Of a stretch of DNA of 64,000 nt, positions 58,700-64,000 are shown piece by piece. This DNA comes from Squalus acanthias (taxonomy: Eukaryota): assembly GCA_030390025.1 (NCBI GenBank), contig CM059432.1, positions 67,024,001 through 67,088,000 of the forward strand. Direction: 5' to 3'. How positions within the stretch are numbered: position 1 is the first letter of the stretch; each line of letters opens with the position of its first letter. Position numbers and translations under genes: made by a program. The notes beneath the pieces were generated by a model. That model saw only the letters and a program-made list of their open reading frames with translations. It was not told where the DNA came from and made no database searches.

Positions 58700-59851
58700 G
58701 AGGGTATTTAGTTATTATTTAAGTTCAATATTAAGATGCATTTAGATAGAAGTTCTTTTTCTATAATTATTATTTGGGTTCGGTGAGTAAGGGAAGTCTG
58801 AATCTTGCAAGGTTTGGTGCTGATGGGAGTTCAAGCTAACACTATTTACATTTTTAAGTTGGACAGAGAGGGACGGAAGTGCAAAAAACTCTCGTGGCGT
58901 GTGAAGAGAGTGATATATGGGCCATCATGGATCTTCAGTTGTATCCATGGGCAGCATATTTCTATGAATATCACTTGATGCCCTTTGTTAGAAACTAGGG
59001 GTGCCTAAAAATGTATATGGCTACACGAATAATACTGTGTTCAAATGATAAGTTTTGTTTGCCTGGAAAGCTTGCATTAGAATTTGAGACAGTCTTTTTA
59101 ATCAGTTAGATTAGGTGAAGCATAAACATTCCACACGGGGGCCCATCGGATGGCCCTGTCAGGCTAGTTATCTGTTGTTTGTAAGTTAGAGTTTTGACTT
59201 TGTTAATGTATCTTTAATTTGGCCAGTGAAGGCCCAACCTATGTTTCTTCCATAATTATTAATAACCATGTTATAATCTCTACAGATAGAATTTGGAGTT
59301 TGTTTAGCAGAACTGCTTGCAAAGATAATTAAAAGTTAATTAGGAAAAGACATAGAATGAAAGGATTTTGAGGCGGCGAAGGTATCCATCTTAGAATGGG
59401 CCATTTGCTAGATGAAGGTGAGATAGCGACTGGCTAACGTGCGACAGCTCTGGCTGGGGCCATGATTAAGAGGGACAGGGCTGGGCCTTGTACTTGCTGG
59501 GTTAAGGAGGATAGAGTCAAGAGAGATAAGACGAATTCCAATGGAGGAACCTTCAAAATGTAAAAACAAGAAAGATAAATTGGATGAGATATTGAGACCC
59601 CCTTTTGGGGAGGGTTTTCATCTAAGAATTGAGACAAAGAAATCAACACCCCATTGGTTGATGAGATTTTAGAGGAACCGCTATAGGTTAAATGGTCTTG
59701 TCAATAACTTGGCCTCAGGCCCACTCCTAAAAAGAGAATAAAAGTGACACCCCAAGGGCTTGCCCACACAGACGGTGGAGGGGAGAGCCGAACAGAAGTT
59801 GGGCTGGTCGAACGCTCTTTTGAGAGTGATCCCATGCTCACCATCGGAGGT

Positions 59852-59906
<55 letters not shown>

Positions 59907-60083
59907 AGAAGCCAGAGAACTGTTCATGCATGCCAGCTGTTTGTCACGGTCGTATGTTTTTGCTGTTTTACTAGTGTGTTATATTCCGTCCTAAACTCCG
60001 ATTAAACACAATATATCCACCATATTGGTTTGTACTCGATCCTGTTTACCAGAGATACGCGAATCTCTACACCTTACCCAACA
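58700..60083 (+). mobile_element. Possible solo-LTR-like repeat containing a (GA)n microsatellite (59837-59904)
   Basis: Ends ATTAAA...CCCAACA like an LTR U5; no matching TG start or TSD identified, so the left boundary is a guess. Confidence 0.35.
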
Positions 60084-60289
60084 AAAGGGAGAGCGTAGAA
60101 AGAGAGAAGTGCAAGACCATCTGCAGGGGTAGCAGAAGGAGACAACTCTCACATGCAGGGAACCGAGTTACTGAAATTGTCCAAAACAGAAAGAGTTGGG
60201 CAAGTATTAGGTGGACAGTAACTCAATGAAGGGTAGTCCTAAGAAGCATTGTGGCACTGTAGAACAAGGTATCTTCCAGAAAGCTGACA

Positions 60290-60790
60290 AGCTAGTTGAA
60301 AGTGGTAGTAGAGGGGGATTCTAGAGTCAGGGAAGCAAACAGCCTTTTTTTTTTTGGCAGTTGTGACCAGAAGTCCAAATGGTATGTTGCCTCCCTGGTG
60401 CCAGGATGTACATCAAGGAATATACTGAAAACCTTCTGGAAAGGAGGTAGAGCAGCCAAAACTCATGGTCCATGCTGGAACCAAACAACATAGGTAGAAT
60501 GCATTTTGAGGTAACGCACAGGGAGTTTGAGGAAATGGGTATGGATTGAAAAACTAAATCTCAAGGGTGGTAGTTTCTACTTCCTATGCAAGGAGCTTGG
60601 CAGGTTAAAGAAAGGAAAATTGAAACGGTCAAAATGTGGCTGTAGGGTTGGGTGGGTGGGAAGGGTTCACATTCTTGGGACACTGGAGCCCATTTTGGGA
60701 TAAGGAAAGCCTATACCGAAGGGATGTCCTTCACCTGAACTGAAGCGGCAACAGCCTTGCAGAGAGGGTAAATAGAGCAAAAGGGAGGGT
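60290..60790 (+). mobile_element. Very degenerate CR1 ORF1 (SGNH esterase) remnant
   Basis: KVVVEGDSRVREANS..CDQKSK.VCCLPGAR-like and DVLHLN motifs paralleling 17180-17600. Confidence 0.65.
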
Positions 60791-60990
60791 TGGGGGAGAA
60801 AGAGAAGATTTCATATAACTGGAGTGGAGAAAGTTTAAGTTTGAACCTAGAAATGGGGAGCTAGATTAATAAACCTATTCTAATAGAAGTAGGTAACTTT
60901 GCTAAAATGGAGAAAATTTCAGAACAGAAAAAAGAAACAGGTTTTGAGATAGTGACAGATAAAAACACTTGTGGAAGCAGATTAAGAATG

Positions 60991-61202
60991 ATGTGGAGAT
61001 GCCGGTGTTGGACTGAGGTGGACAAATGTGAGAAGTCGCACAACACCAGGTTATAGTCCAACAGCTTTACTTGAAATCACAAGCTTTCGGAGCGCTGCTC
61101 CTTCGTCAGGTGAAGTCACCTGACGAAGGAGCAGCGCTCCGAAAGCTTGTGATTTCAAATAAAGCTGTTGGACTATAACCTGGTGTTGTGCGACTTCTCA
61201 CA
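60991..61202. mobile_element. Penelope-like palindromic insertion with hammerhead-like motifs
   Basis: 87-bp inverted arms (61027-61113 and 61116-61202, one mismatch) containing CTGACGA..GGAGC-AGC-GCTCC GAAA; flanked by direct repeat CAGATTAAGAATG. Confidence 0.85.
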
Positions 61203-62632
61203 GATTAAGAATGGCAGTGGTGTGTGGCAGGTGGCCAGAGGACATGGAGCTGGGAATTAGAACATGTTTTGGTGAGAGAGCTAGGATTTTATTTCCCTGG
61301 GGATAGGCTGCAAGTTAGACAGGAAGATGTCCAAGATGGTATTGTCAATGATTGAAACCTCAGAGACTTCTATACTGCAGGAAGAGGATGACAACATTGC
61401 TCTGATTCAAAGATTCTTAAAGGGACAGCTGTCTATTTTTTTCCAGATAGTTAAACAACATTGCTGCTATGCATCAGTGATCAGAATGTTATCAGACCTG
61501 ATTTTGTAACATAGCCTAACAAAGGATAAGAAAATGAAAAAGAGATCTTGAATCGTGGAATAATAAACAACATTTTGATCATTTCAATATTGGTTAAAAG
61601 TTCATCTAAGTCAGCTACCAAAGTTTATTTTACCTCTGAATCAATGTCAGTCAAATCAAGACCAGTCTTGCAACATTCATATATGCAGCAAATTTCTGCT
61701 ACAGCTTTCCAATATTAATTTTAAACTTCATCAGTTCTAATGAAGGGTTACATCTGAAACATTAACTTGTCTGTTCATGCCATAGATGCTTGAAATCTCA
61801 TCTTGTTTCAACTTTAAACAAAATGTTTTCCTGAAGAACTTGTTCCGTTAATGAAAGTATCAGTGGTATTTTGTGACTTAATTTTTACACCAGAGCAGAT
61901 ATGCTTGTAGTCTGTTCCCGTATCATGTTAAAGTGAAGCACACCATCCAGAGGCTAAAGTGAGAACTGATCTAGCTAGTTTACATCAATGGCATGTAAAA
62001 TTCAAGTGACAGACGGTGCTGGAACTCAAATCCCTTAACCATCTAGTTGGGAGGCAGCCATTCCATTCTCTGTGGTTTTGCAGAGGGTGTTTACTGTTTT
62101 TAGTGGCACACAAAAGTATCACAATGTCAAATAAATTACACAGGTAATAAAAAATAAAATTTCCATAGCTATTTTAATGATTATTTGTAATTTGTAAAAT
62201 TCTAGCCCGGGGGAAGGGGTTGGAGATGGGTGGGGAGAATTTCTTAACGTAATTCTCGCAACAGCAGTACCTTTTGTAACATTATCATGGCAGCAACATG
62301 CAGAGGGCTGTGCTGATGAGCTGGATCAAGATCTAGCACAAGAGACAAGTCCGGGAGGTGAATATTTGATTTTTTTTTTGCAATACCTGTCACACCATAT
62401 ATGCTTGTATTGCTTCACATCAAAATCATGCATACTTAATGTTTTAGTAGAAAAGTAAAAAGGTCTCCATTTAGGTGCGGGGAGGGGGGCGGGGTGGGGG
62501 TGGGGGTGGGGAGGAAAGAAACACAGCATGCGGTAGGGGCTCAATAATCAGTGTGTCCAAATTAGGAAGGGAAGAAAATTCAATTGTCCAAAGTTCCTGC
62601 TACAGGTTGTTATCCCCTACCAAGGAGTCAAT

Positions 62633-63756
62633 GGCCCGGATTTTGCGGTACAAATAACGGTGAGGCTATCAGCGCTCATCGTTAAGGGGTAAATCGGACC
62701 GCACATGCGCAGTTAAATGCAGAAATCAAGTTGCTATCCAAGTTGCCCTGCACCTCCAGGAGCTGCGCTATACCAGTATCTCGCCCAGAGACTCACCACT
62801 GAAACATATGGAACGGGATGAAGTTGGGGTACTTACATGATTCTATGGAGAGGTACTACCAACGCTGCCTCTGCAAGATCCTGCAAATCCATTGGCAGGA
62901 TAGGCGCACCAACGTCAGTGTTCTCGCTCAGGCCAACATCCCCTGCATCAAAGCTTTGACCACGTTCGATCAGCTCCGATGGACAGGTCACATTGTCCGC
63001 ATGCCCGATACGAGACTCCCAAAACAAGCGCTCTACTTGGAGCTCTGGCACGGCAAGAGAGCCCCAGGTGGGCAGAGGAAACGCTTCAAGGACACCCTCA
63101 AAGCCTCCTTGAAAAAGTGCAACATCCCCACCGACACCTGGGAATCTCTGGCACAAGACCGCACAAAGTGGAGGAGAAGCATCCAGGAAGGCGCCGAACA
63201 CCTTGAGTCTCTTCGCCGGGAGCAAGTGGAAGCCAAGCGCAGGCAGCACAAGGAACGCACGTCAACCCAAGCACCCCACCCACCCGCCCCTTCAACCACC
63301 GTCTGCCCCACCTGTGAAAGAGACTGTAGGTCCCGCATTGGACTCATCAGTCACCTGCGAACTCATTTTTAATGTGGAAGCAAGTCATCCTTGGTTCAGA
63401 GGGACTGCCTAAGAAGACTTACATGATAGATACCCACAACACCATAGAAAAGGTTATGGCTTGTTCATTCAAGTGTAAGTGAATTTCAAATGGCGTGATA
63501 AGTCTTAATTACTGCCAAACAACCGCTCTGGCACTGAAAATTAACTTTTACAAATGTGGAGTCTCATTCCTTCAGATTTTAACTATTGATGGAGATTTAA
63601 AAAAATTAAAAAATGAAGTGTTTTTTTACTTTTTCTTTCTGTTTCTTTTACACTCTCTCTTAATCCCATCTGTCTTTAGCTCACTTTATTTTGCTTCTGT
63701 ACATGATTTGACATTGAACTATTCTAACTTATATTCCTGGCACAGACTCTGCGTGT
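62633..63756. mobile_element. Harbinger-type MITE-like element interrupted by an RTE LINE and then a CR1 tail
   Basis: TIR-like GGCCCGGATTTTGCGG start; a related short fragment lies at about 51848-51930; right end not seen. Confidence 0.5.
62842..63416 (+). mobile_element. 5'-truncated RTE-clade LINE (C-terminal domain with C2H2 finger)
   Basis: QRCLCKILQIHWQDRRTNVSVL..QLRWTGHIVRMPDTRLPKQALY..GGQRKRFKDTLK..CPTCERDCRSRIGLISHLRTH*; 11-bp TSD ACTTACATGAT (62831-62841 and 63417-63427); short AAG tail. Confidence 0.93.
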
Positions 63757-64000
63757 CATAGAATCATAGATACTTACAGCACAGAAGGAGGCCATTCAGC
63801 CTGTCGTGCCTGTGCTGGCTCTTTGAAAGAGCAATCTTGCTTAGTCCGATATCCCTGCTTTTTGTCCATAACCTCATGTCCTGTCCAACTCCCTTTTAAA
63901 ATTATTTATGGAACCAGCTTCCATCACCTTTTCAGGTAGAGCGTTTCAGATCCTAACAACTCAGTGAAAATGTTTCTCCTCATCTCCCTTCCAGATCTTT
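63757..64000 (-). mobile_element. CR1 3' end running off the window
   Basis: tcatagaatcataga..acagcacagaaggaggccattcagcc is the reverse of a CR1 3' UTR. Confidence 0.8.

Noticed and set aside
59837..59904. Arg/Glu-repeat ORF
   Set aside because: Simple (GA)n microsatellite.
52082..64000. Next upstream RB1CC1 exon (expected to end ..EKIAIRD)
   Set aside because: Not found by eye in this interval; probably beyond the window.

Overview
Eukaryotic, repeat-dense genomic DNA, very probably from a shark or other cartilaginous fish (HE1-type V-SINE, SacSINE1/DeuSINE-like SINEs, abundant CR1 LINEs). The only host gene I recognise is RB1CC1/FIP200. Its last three coding exons lie on the minus strand (52081-51954, 25970-25900, 23494-23417) and encode the C-terminal Claw domain; one intron is about 26 kb. 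The rest is nested transposons: many CR1 LINEs, L2-like, RTE and Vingi-like fragments, a solo LTR, SINEs, Penelope-type hammerhead motifs, and many PIF/Harbinger DNA transposons. Two Harbinger copies are young and near-identical, each with an intact DDE transposase and a convergent 3-exon Myb/SANT-like gene; there are also several MITE and deletion derivatives. Highlights: (1) a ~1.27 kb CR1 copy (28546-29812) with massive sense-strand A-to-G hypermutation and an ADAR-like neighbour bias, suggesting an A-to-I hyper-edited LINE RNA was written back into the genome; (2) both Harbinger Myb genes are frameshifted at the same poly-G tract; (3) ~240 bp of neighbouring intron was captured in inverted orientation inside a Harbinger derivative; (4) an 87-bp-arm palindrome carrying two hammerhead-like motifs sits between 13-bp direct repeats; (5) Harbinger TSDs are consistently 3 bp but none of the seven readable on both sides is the canonical TWA. 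Family assignments come from my recognition of motifs, not database searches. Boundaries of old, degenerate repeats are approximate.
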